Positions 34,894 through 48,300 of a DNA stretch of 64,000 nt are shown here, in pieces. A model generated the notes under the pieces. The model worked only from the letters and a program-made list of their open reading frames with translations. It was not told the DNA's origin and did no database searches. Each line of letters begins with the position of its first letter. Position 1 is the stretch's first letter. The translations under genes were made by a program, and so were the position numbers. The stretch is from Antedon mediterranea (taxonomy: Eukaryota > Animalia > Echinodermata), in the NCBI RefSeq assembly GCF_964355755.1, contig NC_092672.1, positions 20,721,237 through 20,785,236 of the forward strand. Direction: 5' to 3'.

Positions 34894-37800
34894 GGCGAAA
34901 AATGACCGTATAAAGTCAAATAATTGCTAATGATTCCTTTGCCATAAAATATTCACTTAAACTAATTAAAATTTAATTTATTCTACTGCAAATATAAAAT
35001 AATTAAATTATTATTAAACTACTTTTAAGTACCTGTCCCTCTCTTAGGAATATCTTTGTTTTTCCAAACAAAAAGCTTTTCATTTTATTTTCTTTGTCTG
35101 CTTCAGCTAAAACCAGATTCGTAATAACAGCACATTTACTTTTTGTATCCAAATCTTTGATATCTTCTGAGTTTGACCTTATTAATAATTCATACCTCTT
35201 AAGGAAATCACTGTACAACATTCTATAAGAAAATTGTCGTTATCGTTCAGAATCAAGTATAACAAACAACACACTGGCAAGTATGTTAGTAGGTGTTCAA
35301 AATGTACAGTACGCACAGGGATATATATATAGTATATATTATAAACATCACAGGCACAGAATAAATTCTATATCGCCCGGTGATATACTGAAATTTAATT
35401 AATTAATTTGAAACGATAAAGAAGAGGAAATCTGTGAGAATGAGAAAAAATTGCCCTCACTGAGATTCAAACCCGGAAACCTTCTGCTTGATATGCAAAT
35501 ATCCTAACCATTAGACCACTGGGGCTTTCATGGTATTGTTCAAACTAGATTGGATAGCAATAACACTCTCGGCGTGGTACGGCGGAACAGCACTAGTCCC
35601 TCAGTTGTATGCACACGCACTAGAGATCAAATTGATACACCCTCATCTTTCAGTATATATAATAATAATAATAATAATTTATTTGGAGATTACACTTTTA
35701 CAACAGTGGCACTCGACCAAATGGAAGGTGCATCCAAGAGAAATAAAAAAAAAAAAAAAAACATGATATAGAAAATAACAATTACAATAAAAAGTCGACG
35801 TAGGTCAACATGTCAAAACAATTCAACTACAGTAACTACAATACCATTGAACTGACACCTAATATATATATATATATATATATGTAAGTCCTAGAGCAAG
35901 CTATTTGATTAGTAATAGTAAAAAATACAATAAAATACAAATTACGACGCACAACGATTTTGGTTTTTGCTTAATTATTCAATATCAGCGTATCAAACGA
36001 AAACAAATAGCTGTAAGTTGACCTGGTAGGGAAGCCTTGTACTGATCTCAATTGTTTCAAGTAAACTTAACAAGGGTATCAACCAGTCATAGATGGGTGC
36101 ATTATTAGTATAAAAAGAACACAAAACAATAGCTGTAAGCTGACCTGGTAGGGAAGCCTGTTGCACTGATCTCAATTGTTTCAAGAACACCGCAAGCACG
36201 TAGTTGATTTATAACATGAAGATTATCAAAGTTGTCTGGTTGACATTCAAGACTTGGTTTGATACAGCGGATGTAGTGAGGTGTTGTTTCATGTAAAGTA
36301 GCCATAAGACTGTCCAATGAATTCTAAGATACAATTGTTAGATTGTTACCACAAAGATTACATGTAAAAACTAAATGGTATCAACCAAAATATGTAAGTA
36401 AGTAAATACAAAATGGATTGAGGAAATATGTCTGATAATCAAAAAATAAAATATATATATATTATGTTACATTTTCAATAGAAGTAAAAAAAAATAATTG
36501 TGAAATAATAATAATTTGAGTGATCTTGCAAATGTTTATTTGATTTATTTCAGCATCATAACAAACAATCTATATAATATACAGGAAACAAAATATGAAA
36601 CATCAACAATATACAAAAACAGGGATGCCGAGGAAAACCCATAAAATCCTTGTTTCCCTGTTTCTTCTCTTTCAAGAAAAAAAAAGGGTCAAGAAAGCAA
36701 AAACAACAACAAAGCAAAAAACCTATCTAAATTCTAAAGCAAGAGCTCGGTCTTGAAGCTATTTTTTTTTATTGATGTTCCATACTAAATTCATCAAGAT
36801 TCTAAATTAAGTTTTGTATGAGTTTCAATTTTCAGGACTCTGTACCTTAAATTTTGATACCACTGTAGAAGTAGTCTTTTTGCCTTTTGTTTTACTTGGA
36901 TTCTGAAAAAAAATTAAAAAAATTAACCTATTTTAGGTTAAACAAAACTATTAACATAACTGACAAGATGCAAAGGCATTATAAATATCACACATTTATT
37001 CTTTGTTTAAAAGTTTCATGATGTAACATTGATGAAGACAGAACTTAAAAAGCAATGGATTTGAACAATAGAGAAAATGGTGTTAGTATAGTTTTAGTAT
37101 GGTGTTAGTATGGTGTTACTACAGTGTTAGTTTGGTGTTACTAGTGTTAGTTTGATGGTGTTACTACAGTGTTAGTTTGATGTTAGTATGGTGTTACTAC
37201 GATGTTTAAAAACTAATGACAAGATCAATAACCTGTAAACTGGTAACATTAGCATCAACTAGTTGTTGCACAAACTTCTTGCTGCTCATTCTAAGCAAAT
37301 CTACAAGTTCTGCTGGAATACCATCCTAAAAACATCAAATGATACACAATAGATCACCTTTTGAACTGCGATAACATTGTAGTTTGACACCGAGCCTTCA
37401 GCTATATAATAATATTGTATAAAACAATTATAAACTATTTGACTGCTGACCATTGTTGTTATTAATGACAGGCTAACCTTTAATTTGTTCCTATACACTA
37501 TGTTGTATTCTAAAGTTGATAGTAAAATTGTCTAGTCCTTCCTCCTTGATCTCACTACAAGTTTTGAATAAATGAGCTAAAATAGTTTAGCAAAAGCAAA
37601 AGCTTTTCCCACTTAGGTCGTGTATCCTCTTCTTACACAGGTGATAGAGCATTACCTATAGCTACAAACAGCCATTGATACATTTTCCTGTGGCTTTTAT
37701 TTTCAGTTATAAGATTATGAGAAATGAGTTTAAACGAAGCAGATGCAGTATCCCATAATTGTAATGCTTTGAGAAACTATTTATGACCTTCTATCCCCTT

Positions 37801-40800
37801 TTTTTTGTGAATATACTGTAAAACTAGCTTTCAGTTTTAAGTAGATTACCTTATTCTTTTCAATTAGACCATCCACTTGGTACGTAACTTTCTCTGCATA
37901 ATGATGCACAACAAAAGCTGGTGATGTCACTGACATGTGTGCACGAGATAAGTTTGCACATCTTTAATATATTGCAGGGTTTTCTCTAACCTGCAGAAAA
38001 TATGCAAATGTATCACAGTTCTAGCAGTTAAGTTAAACAGTTGGTTATCCGGATTAAAGGTACACAAAAATGAAACATAACTAATACTAACTTGGTAAAA
38101 GATGTGAAAATTCCTGGCACCATCACATTGATAAACAACTCTAGTTTTCTCAAGAAGATATGTCTGAATAGAAGCACCAACAACATGATTTCCACTGAAA
38201 ACAAAATTAGAAAGTTAAAATAAGAATTCCTCTTGTGTGTAATTTCATTCTTCCCTGCACACAAAATGGCATATGTAGAAACTCAAAATGCATGGCCTGT
38301 ATACAGTATGTTGGTTGAACATTGACAAATAAAAATAATGTATGAAACTTACCGACTGAATTGTAGCTGAATGTACTTTCCAAAGCGGCTACTATTGTGA
38401 TTCCTGGTTGTGCTAGCATTGCCTAAAAAAATGAAATAATAGTTGTCTAACAGAGATGGAGTTGTAGGGAGGTGTAGGGTACTGGGTGGCAAAAGATTAA
38501 TATTACTGTATATATATATATACTGGTGCAGGCCATCAAATATTGCCATCAATTGCAATTAATTCTACTAGTCTTAATGATACCAAATCTGCCAAAAATT
38601 TAATTTGAGCATAAAATCTCACCAAATTCATATTTAGAACATACTGTAAGTTGGCCACTGCTGATCAACAGTTTTAGCCTATATATTATATTAGGAGTTT
38701 AAAGGATTTTGGCACCATGACTGAAGGTTAAAGATAATGCTACAATTACAAAATGTAAAATCAGTACACAAACTGCTTTAAATTAGCATTTTAAATTTCA
38801 TTTTACATAAAGCGTTAATCAATTTTAGGTTAGGTGTAGCTTTATTTATTTATTTATAAATCAGTATGATACTTATTGACTTTTATATTTCAGTTTTCTC
38901 AGGGAAGAGTTAAATTACAATTTAATTTAACTCTTCCCTGGTTTTCTTGTAATTTTAATGGTACACTATCATTATGCTCATTTTTATTTGGTTCTCATCT
39001 CTTTATCGACTGTTCTTATTCTATTTTTTTCTTTATCTGTTGATGATAATGATGATGAATATAGAAAATTTGATATATTGATATGATTTGAAAATGCTGA
39101 TTTTGTATATTTAACAAAAATAAAGGTCCAACTTCTAGCGATCTTTCTTAGGACCATAACAGTACATAGATGTTTTTACATTTGAGAATGACATGTGTAT
39201 CTTACTGCACTTTATTAAAGATAAACATAATAATTACCAAATGCTTCAAGAATAGGATTTGAGTCTAATATTCTACGTTCAATGCAATCTGCTGGTGATG
39301 GCGTGAAACCACTATGAACAAAATAGACAACAAGTTATCACAAATAAGTAACAAAACAGAGACAAATCTATAATTATGATGAAATATAGAAAATTAATAA
39401 ATGCTGATTTTGTAACAGTGTCCTTTGAAACAGTAAAAACAAATTATAGCACTCTCTATTACTTGTCCATGCTTTTAGCCTCTATATTTTTATTCAAGTT
39501 TGGGCCTCTCTATTATTTCAAAATAAACAAGAAATGGTTTTAAAGGTAAAAAATTGACTCTGATTACATTGGTGAAAACAAACGTAAAACTGCAATTGTT
39601 GAATTACCTTTCCAGAACCACTTTCACCGCTGACAATTATTGACTGATTAATCTTGTCTAGTTTTCTAGTAAGATTACACAAAGCTGTTTCTGCAATTCC
39701 AAATACATGTGGTGGGTGTGCCTGAAAAAAAAAAATAAATTAAGATGTATATTCCCCAAAAAACATGAAAATGAGGATTAATAAATCAAGCCATTTTGCT
39801 GTTTTAATAAAGTTATTCGTTTCAAAGAAAAAAAAAACAAATATAGCACTAGTTTTACTAAATTAATGGTTAAATTTAACCAAAAGCTCATTTCCCGACA
39901 GAAAATTTGACTGTTAAAAAATTATAATTAAATTTTTTTTTTCCAATCCAATTTTTGGTCAAAGTAAATAACTACAGTATTATGTGACATAAAATGGCAT
40001 ATTCAGCAAAACAATTATCTTTTCAGAGGAGCTCTGCATATATCTCTAAGTTCTCACTTCTAAGTGCAACTGAGGACATATTAATATTTTTGCCCAATAT
40101 TATTTGAAGATTAAAGTGAAGTCAAGATTTTAATAGTGATGTCACCAACATATCAATTTTCTTAAAAATCAATAGTATACTAGCAAATCGTTGTTTACCT
40201 TTTGATCACTATGGTAACGATGAATCATATGAACATCAAAATGTCCAGTTTCTTTGAAAGGATTTAAAGTAACAAGTGTGTTTCCAGTCTGAGTCTGGTA
40301 TCTACCAGCTAAGTAGCGCTCACATAAACAGTTCAGCACTATGAACGGAAAAACTTAGGTTAAAAGTAACAAGTGTGTTGCCAGTCTGAGTGTGTTATCT
40401 ACCAGCTAAGTACCGCTCAAGTGTGTTGCCAGTATTTTGTCTAATTTTCTTCAAATTGTTCTACTCTAAAAATGTATTACTGTAACTATAAATTTTATTT
40501 TAAAGTGGTCTTTAATTGGAGAAAAATTTGAAGGAAAATGTTGGATTCATCCAAATTGTGGTCTTTGATCTCTAATTAGAGGGCGGCAACAGCTAATGGT
40601 AGAAAATAGGTGATCATCTGTCTTTAAATTAGATTGAGCTTTTAATTAAAGGGATCTTTATTCAGAGACTGTAGTATTAACAACCATTGACCATGTGTCT
40701 ACTATTAATTCACTTACCAGCAGGTTCTGAGAGAGGATTAAGCAAAACAAGATCATCTGTATTGATCCAATCTGTTTGAGTACACAGCACTGGATAGCCA

Positions 40801-40947
40801 GCATGACCACGTATCACAACCTCCTAGACAATGAAGTTACAAGCAATATTTAAAATACATTATATAGAATACTTAGTAGCAAGGTTGGGTTGTTGACATA
40901 GATGGTATGCTGCCCTCCCCTCCTTACCTCACAATTATATTTAATGT

Positions 40948-41398
40948 CTATAATCTTGCCATCACTAAAACATGAATTAACACACGCTGGAACCCAAACC
41001 TCTTACCTGGCCATTAGATTTAGTGACTATAATCTTGCCATCACTAAAACATGAATTAACACATGCTCGAACCCAAACCTCTTACCTGGCCATTAGATTT
41101 AGTGACTATAATCTTGCAATCACTAAAACATGAATTAACACACGCTGGAACCCAAACCTGTTACCTGGCCATTAGATTTAGTGACTGTAATCTTGCCATC
41201 ACTAAAACATGAATTAACACATGCTCGAACCCAAACCTCTTACCTGGCCATTAGATTTAGTGACTATAATCTTGCCATCACTAAAACATGAATTAACACA
41301 CGCTGGAACCCAAACCTCTTACCTGGCCATTAGATTTAGTGACTGTAATCTTGCCATCACTAAAACATGAATTAACACACGCTGGAACCCAAACCTCT
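40948..41398. repeat. 79-bp minisatellite, about 6 copies (inverted counterpart at about 62312-62763)
   Basis: Unit CTATAATCTTGCCATCACTAAAACATGAATTAACACACGCTGGAACCCAAACCTCTTACCTGGCCATTAGATTTAGTGA. Confidence 0.93.
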
Positions 41399-42196
41399 TT
41401 TTCATCATGTATCCACACCATTAACCCCTGAAAGTACAGTAAAGAGTTCATTATTCAATTCAATCAACTTTTATTATCCACAATCTGATTCTTTTGGTTG
41501 TGGCAGACTCACAAATGTAAACAAACATTTAAAACAAACATTTAAAATACACATGTATACAAATTATTGCTAAAGAGTAATAGTTGTAAAGTCTAACAGC
41601 TTTCAGAATAAATTAAAATTTTGCAGGTATTTAGCATAATGGATGCTATAAGCCCGGATATATAAGCCCATCGCTAAATACCTTTGAATAGGCGTAGAGT
41701 TTTCGCATCAGCAGAAGAACACGAAACATAGCCTAGGACAAAAATCATTCAACTGTGACCACTCTTGATCATCGTCGTGATTTTTCCATGAACGGTCTCT
41801 TTGGCCATGCGCAGAACATGCCGGGAACCAGTACAAATATTGCGCCCTCTCTGGCGTGGCCTTGTTGTCTTTATAGAGAACACTGGATTTTATTTGGTTA
41901 ATGGTAGTTCATGTCCGTAGTATTTTTCAGTAAAACAGGTAGCGCAAGTGCCTCATGTCTTGAAGTGGCTGCTGCACCCCCCGTTTGGTTTATATACAAG
42001 TGACCCCCCCCCCTCCCGGGTACCAGATGAAGACTTATTGAAAACAAGTTAAAACGTTGCACATGTACATATTATTTTTAAACAACCTACTGACTTAAAG
42101 AAGGGCTTACACAGATGGAATTAGTAAATTAACCAGCCAATGTGTGGGGCAACCATTTCATTCCATGTCTTTAATACCCTAATGAATAACTGTGCC

Positions 42197-43689
42197 AAGT
42201 ATCAGAATGTTCACTTCAGGTGTACTAAAAGTAGGCCTACTATGCATGACAAGTATCAGAATGTTCACTTCAGGTCTACTAAAGTAGGCCTACTATGCAT
42301 GACAAGTATCAGAATGTTCACTTCAGGTCTACTAAAAGTAGGCCTACTATGCATGACAAGTATCAGAATGTTCACTTCAGGTCTACTAAAGTAGGCCTAC
42401 TATGCATGACAAGTATCAGAATGTTCACTTCAGGTCTACTAAAGTAGGCCTACTATGCATGACAAGTGTCAGAATGTTCACTTCAGGTCTACTAAAGTAG
42501 GCCTACTATGCATGACAAGTATCAGAATGTTCACTTCATGTCTACTAAAGTAGGCCTACTATGCATGACAAGTGTCAGAATGTTCACTTCATGTCTACTA
42601 AAGTAGGCCTACTATGCATGACAAGTATCAGAATGTTCACTTCAGGTCTACTAAAGTAGGCCTACTATGCATGACAAGTATCAGAATGTTCACTTCAGGT
42701 CTACTAAAGTAGGCCTACTATGCATGACAAGTATCAGAATGTTCACTTCAGGTCTACTAAAGTAGGCCTACTATGCATGACAAGTATCAGAATGTTCACT
42801 TCAGGTCTACTAAAGTAGGCCTACTATGCATGACAAGTATCAGAATGTTCACTTCAGGTCTACTAAAGTAGGCCTACTATGCATGACAAGTATCAGAATG
42901 TTCACTTCATGTCTACTAAAGTAGGCCTACTATGCATGACAAGTGTCAGAATGTTCACTTCGGGTCTACTAAAGTAGGCCTACTATGCATGACAAGTATC
43001 AGAATGTTCACTTCAGGTCTACTAAAGTAGGCCTACTATGCATGACAAGTATCAGAATGTTCACTTCATGTCTACTAAAGTAGGCCTACTATGCATGACA
43101 AGTATCAGAATGTTCACTTCAGGTCTACTAAAGTAGGCCTACTATGCATGACAAGTATCAGAATGTTCACTTCAGGTCTACTAAAGTAGGCCTACTATGC
43201 ATGACAAGTATCAGAATGTTCACTTCAGGTCTACTAAAGTAGGCCTACTATGCATGACAAGTGTCAGAATGTTCACTTCAGGTCTACTAAAGTAGGCCTA
43301 CTATGCATGACAAGTGTCAGAATGTTCACTTCGGGTCTACTAAAGTAGGCCTACTACAGTATGCATGACAAGTGTCAGAATGTTCACTTCATGTCTACTA
43401 AAGTAGGCCTACTATGAATGACAAGTGTCAGAATGTTCACTTCAGGTCTACTAAAGTAGGCCTACTATGCATGACAAGTGTCAGAATGTTCACTTCAGGT
43501 CTACTAAAGTAGGCCTACTATGCATGACAAGTGTCAGAATGTTCACTTCAGGTCTACTAAAGTAGGCCTACTATGCATGACAAAGTGTCAGAATATTCAC
43601 TTCAGGTCTACTAAAGTAGGCCTACTATGCATGACAAGTGTCAGAATGTTCACTTCATGTCTACTAAAGTAGGCCTACTATGCATGACA
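42197..43689. repeat. 53-bp minisatellite, about 28 copies
   Basis: Unit AAGTATCAGAATGTTCACTTCAGGTCTACTAAAGTAGGCCTACTATGCATGAC. Confidence 0.97.
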
Positions 43690-45268
43690 GAGAGAATATC
43701 AACAGCATTTTCCTTTACCTTTTTAAAACGACATGCTGGTTTCTTTTTAACTTGGTGGAATGCATATAGGCCTAGATTTAGTAATAATCTGAAAAAACAA
43801 AATAGCGAAATACTAAACAAATTTTTATAAACATATAACCACCTGTGACCTAGCCTAGCTAGGACCCGGAGAATTTAAATGGTTATTTGGCCCTACTACT
43901 ATTATAGCCTAGACAGGCCTGCCTACTAAGTACTAGGCCCAGGCTAGGCTTGCAGAAAAGTGTAGTTGGACTGATTTGATTTCAATTTATTAGGAAAATC
44001 ATCATAAAAAATACATACAAAAGAAAGTGATAACATAAATTACTGACATTACAAATAATACAATTATAAAAGATTTTGCAGGATAAAAGCTTACAGTAGG
44101 CCTAAAGCCTTGTGAAGTTGGTTACTTATTCCTTATTCGACATTCCGGGTATTTTTTCCCTCACTGTTTATAGTAACCCAAAGTATTAATTAACATTATT
44201 ATAACAATTAAATATGTTATAATAATTTAAAATGTTTGCTTTCATGCTACACTTAAATGGATAACACTCATTCTTCTATCCATATTATATCTTGTCAATA
44301 CGCTATGGTACTGTAGATTCATTCCTCAATCAACACATCAGTTTATAATAGGCCTACCCTAAAACATGTACTCTAGTATATTCACTTGTATTGTAGGCAT
44401 AGAAAGAACGTCTTTATGGTAATAAATACTCTATTACTAATTATAAACTATTTTAACTATTAATTTCTGATATTTTTTCCAGAAATAACATTTTTTTTAC
44501 AATGATTTTCAAGAGCACATATTCACAAACTTTTTGCAACCACCTGTAAAATAAATTGAAAACAAACATTTATATACATTATTAGGCCTAAATAAACATT
44601 CATCCCTTATACCAAACAAATATTGACCAGAACCAATTACAACCACAAAAGCGTATCAGCAACGCTCCATACCGAATACCCAATTTTATCGGAACCAAAA
44701 TAAAACGTTATCTATTTTACCATATATCAAACATAAAACTAGCGCATTGGGCCCTGCGCTAATACGATAGGGCCCAGAAAATGAGACGATAGGGCCCAGA
44801 AAATGAGACGATAGAGACCAAAATGGTTCCCAACACATCATGAGACGATCGGGCCAACGCACGAGACGATTGGGGTCGCACCAAACGCTGACGACGATCG
44901 GGACCACGTTTTCTGGGCCCAACCAAGACGATCGGGCAGCAAATAAAAAAATTTTACTGTGATAACCGGCCTAGACTTAGGTTAGGCCTAATAATACCCT
45001 ACCCAGGCCTACCTACCTAGTAGGTCTAGGCTAGTAGGCTAGGCTAGGCTAGTAGGCTAGGCCTAGCTAGCTAGGGGCAAGGCTAGGCGGTAATTCGGCT
45101 AGGCTAGCCTACCTAGATTTATTGCACCTGACCTGCATAATCCTACATTGCCTGTCTGTACTAGCTTAGCCTAGCTAGGCGCCGCCTAGTAATTGCATTA
45201 ATTTAGTAACTTACTTTTTTGCCTACTGGAATGTAATTATTGCTTTTTTCCATCAAAATAGTTGTCAT

Positions 45269-45353
45269 TTTGATAAATAAAAAAACCGCTGTGTACCGCC
45301 CTCTCTGTTATGACTCGGTGACCTTTTAAAATAAACAACAGCTGAGCTAACAC
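45269..45353. promoter_or_regulatory. Putative compact bidirectional promoter between MYO19 and OGFOD2
   Basis: Divergent ATGs at 45268 (-) and 45354/45366 (+). The gap contains a GC-box-like CCGCCC and an AP-1-like TGACTC. Confidence 0.5.
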
Positions 45354-48300
45354 ATGTTTTTTGTTATGATTTTTGCGATCAATCAATGATATGTTTGTAG
45401 CCGTTACTACACCCATAACATATTTTTACCTAAGTTTAAACTGCATGTGACGTATATAGATGATAAAATATTTGCTGATATTTGGAAACCGGTAAAACCT
45501 GTTGCTGCCAAATCTTCTTTCTAACCAGACACTTTCTTAATGTTAGGCTAGCCTAGCTAGGCCTACTAGACTACGACAGCCCATTAATGCCATTTTAAGT
45601 ATATGTTTTTCGAACGTAATCCGTTCTAACGAATTAGTAATTCGTTTGAACGGATTAATAATCTGTTCAAACGAATTAGTAATCCGTTCAAACGAATTGC
45701 AACATATACAACAAGTGCCATTTAAAGTATATGTTGTAATTCGTTTAAACGGATTACTAATATTACTAATCCGTTCAAACGAATTACTAATTTGTTTTTA
45801 AAACGGATTACTCATTTGTTCAAACGAATTACTAATTCTTTCAAACGAATTACTAATTTGTTTAAACGGATTACTAATTTGTTTAAACGAATTAGTAATT
45901 TGTTTAAACGGATTACTAATTCGTTCAAACGAATTAGTAATCCGTTTAAACAAATTAATAATTTGTTTAAACAGATTAATAATTTGTTTAAACGGATTAC
46001 TAATCTGTTTGAACGAATTAGTACTTCGTTTGAACAAATTAGTAATCCGTTTAAACAAATTAGTAATTCGTTTGAAAGAATTAGTAATTCGTTTGAACAA
46101 ATTAGTAATCCGTTTTAAAAACAAATTAGTAATTCGTTTGAACGGATTAGTAATCCGTTTACAAATCCGTAAACAAATTAATAATTTGTTTAAACGGATT
46201 ACTAATTCGTGTAAACGAATTAGTAATTCGTTTAAACAGATTAGTAATCCGTTTAAACAAATTACTAATCCGTTTGGACGGATTCCTAATTCGTTTGAAC
46301 AGATTATTAATCTGTTTAAACAAATTAGTAATTCGTTTGAACGGATTAGTAATCTGTTCAAACGAATTAGTAATCCGTTCAAACCAATTGCAACATATAC
46401 AACAACAACGCTGTAGCCATACTGAAAACTTTATATATATGAATTTATGATATAGGCCTTAGTCTAGGGTATGCAGTATTTTTATAATTTACATGCACAG
46501 GTCAAAATTAACAAATTATGCATTATGATGGTACAGTACGGTAGTACTGTAGTTTCCATCATAAGTGGTCCATTTAAGCACTGAGTGAGTACATATATGG
46601 TATGTAATTTAAATGTGAATGGGAAATAGAGAGAAACAAGCTTCAAATTGGAGCTACTGTATAGTACATATAATATTAATAATAAAATGTGAATTGTTTG
46701 TGTATTATTTTGTAGATTATTAAAAACAAAGGGTGTGACAATGAAGAAGGATTCACAGACGTTCTGAGAGTCGTAAGTAATTGATGTTTTAATTTATTCA
46801 TAGAGATATTATAATATCTCTATGATTTATGTAATTATGTTAAGTTATCTGGCTGATAATCAAGTAGCAAAATACAGTTCATGTGTAGCAGAATATGGTA
46901 CATGTGTAGCAGAATACGGTACCTGTGTAGCAGAATATGGTACATGTGTAGCAGAATACAGTACATGTGTAGCAGAATATGGTACATGTGTAGCAGAATA
47001 TGGTACATGTGTAGCAGAATACGGTACATGTGTAGCAGAATACGGTACCTGTGTAGCAGAACACGGACCAGCGTAGCAGAATACATTACCTGTGTAGCAG
47101 AATACAGTGCCTGTGTAGCATAATAATTGTACATGTGTAGCATAATAATGGTACATGTGTAGCAGAATAATTGTACATGTGTAGCAGAATAATTGTATAT
47201 GTGTAGCAGAATAATGGTAACAAACAAGAAACGTAGACAAGTTATGAATGAAGACAAGTTTTGATAATTATTATATTATAAACATATATCAGTAAATGTG
47301 AATTGTCAATAAACTCTTCTAGGAATAAAACAGAATTTGGCTCATGCAGACAATTTTCCTCATAGTGGGACATTCAAATGCAAATAGTATATTTTCTTTA
47401 TTTTATTTCATACCATTAAACACATGTTATCTCACTAACAATTCATTTCAGGTTAAAACAGAAGTAGAACGTAGAAAATCACTTGGCCGAGATTATTTAA
47501 AGAGAAAAGAGACAATTTTAAAATATTACACACCACTCAATCAAGAGATATACAAACTACAGGTATGGAATTAAGTAGTTAAAAAAATGAAATAAATATT
47601 TTACCTGTTAACTACACCTTGCTGATGGAATACAACTATGAATGCATGTCTGATTTTGTAAAGACCAACTATTACAACAAATGTTTAGCTTGACTACTAC
47701 AACTGACAAGGACAACTTCCCCTTTAGTTATATGTTTAGTTAAATATCTTGACTAAAAATATTTGAAATAGTTGGAAAGTTTTACTTCTTTATGGTATTA
47801 TATTTTCTCGTTGAGATTGTTATAGATTTCATTTCTGAGCCTAAAATTTCTGAAGTTGGTTGAACATAGCAAGCAGAAAAATGCATCAATGCAAAGTTTG
47901 ATAAAACTCATGAGTACTGAAAAAGGTTTGTTGATAGTTGACCTATTGTAATCAAATTCTATAAAAAATTAGTAAAGGAGTCTAACTTAAATAACTGTAC
48001 ATTGTGAAGCTCATTCTACCATGGAACAGTAATCGAAAAAGATAAAAATCAAAGCTATACACTAGTAGAGCAGGCTTTCCTATATGATTAAAACTATTTG
48101 ACGAAAAGGCATATTTCAAACACATTAAAGGAAAAGTTAAGCACACAAAAAATGGCAAAATTACATGTTTTTGCATTGTTATTTTGTGAACAATGAATGT
48201 TCTATAACTCATTAAAATGGCATTCAAAAACTTGCATATTTACTGTAATTACGTTTTATGTTTCACATTTAACTGTTTTTTTTTATGTAGGAGAAAGTAT

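Larger units (their letters stand above)
33211..45268 (-). pseudogene. MYO19: Myosin-XIX, internally deleted and frameshifted copy (probable pseudogene)
   Basis: Exons: 45268-45215 (putative), 40823-40718 (DDLVLLNPLSE), 40338-40199 (LVTLNPFK), 39721-39608 (SGESGSGK), about 39311-39238 (ILDSNPILEAFG), about 38422-38352 (NHNSSRFGKYIQLQF), 37990-37850 (FVVHHYA..LIEKNK, frameshifted), 37325-37233, 36902-36846, 36323-36145 ([22 protein letters not shown]), 35222-35033 (FGKTKIFL), 34414-34288 and 34188-34046 (IQ motifs), 33693-33211 (tail). Switch-II and relay exons were not found. Confidence 0.8.

Noticed and set aside
35450-35525. tRNA gene on minus strand (also 12150-12208)
   Set aside because: These are degenerate A/B-box remnants without a complete cloverleaf, most likely SINE heads.
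45387-45389. Selenocysteine codon in OGFOD2
   Set aside because: By my recalled alignment the TGA does not correspond to a conserved Cys, and I could not identify a SECIS. A SECIS search of 49727-50400 would settle it.
45792-47257. Long ORFs on both strands (KRITNLF, CVAEYGT, YSATHVP repeats)
   Set aside because: They are translations of 21-bp intronic repeats.
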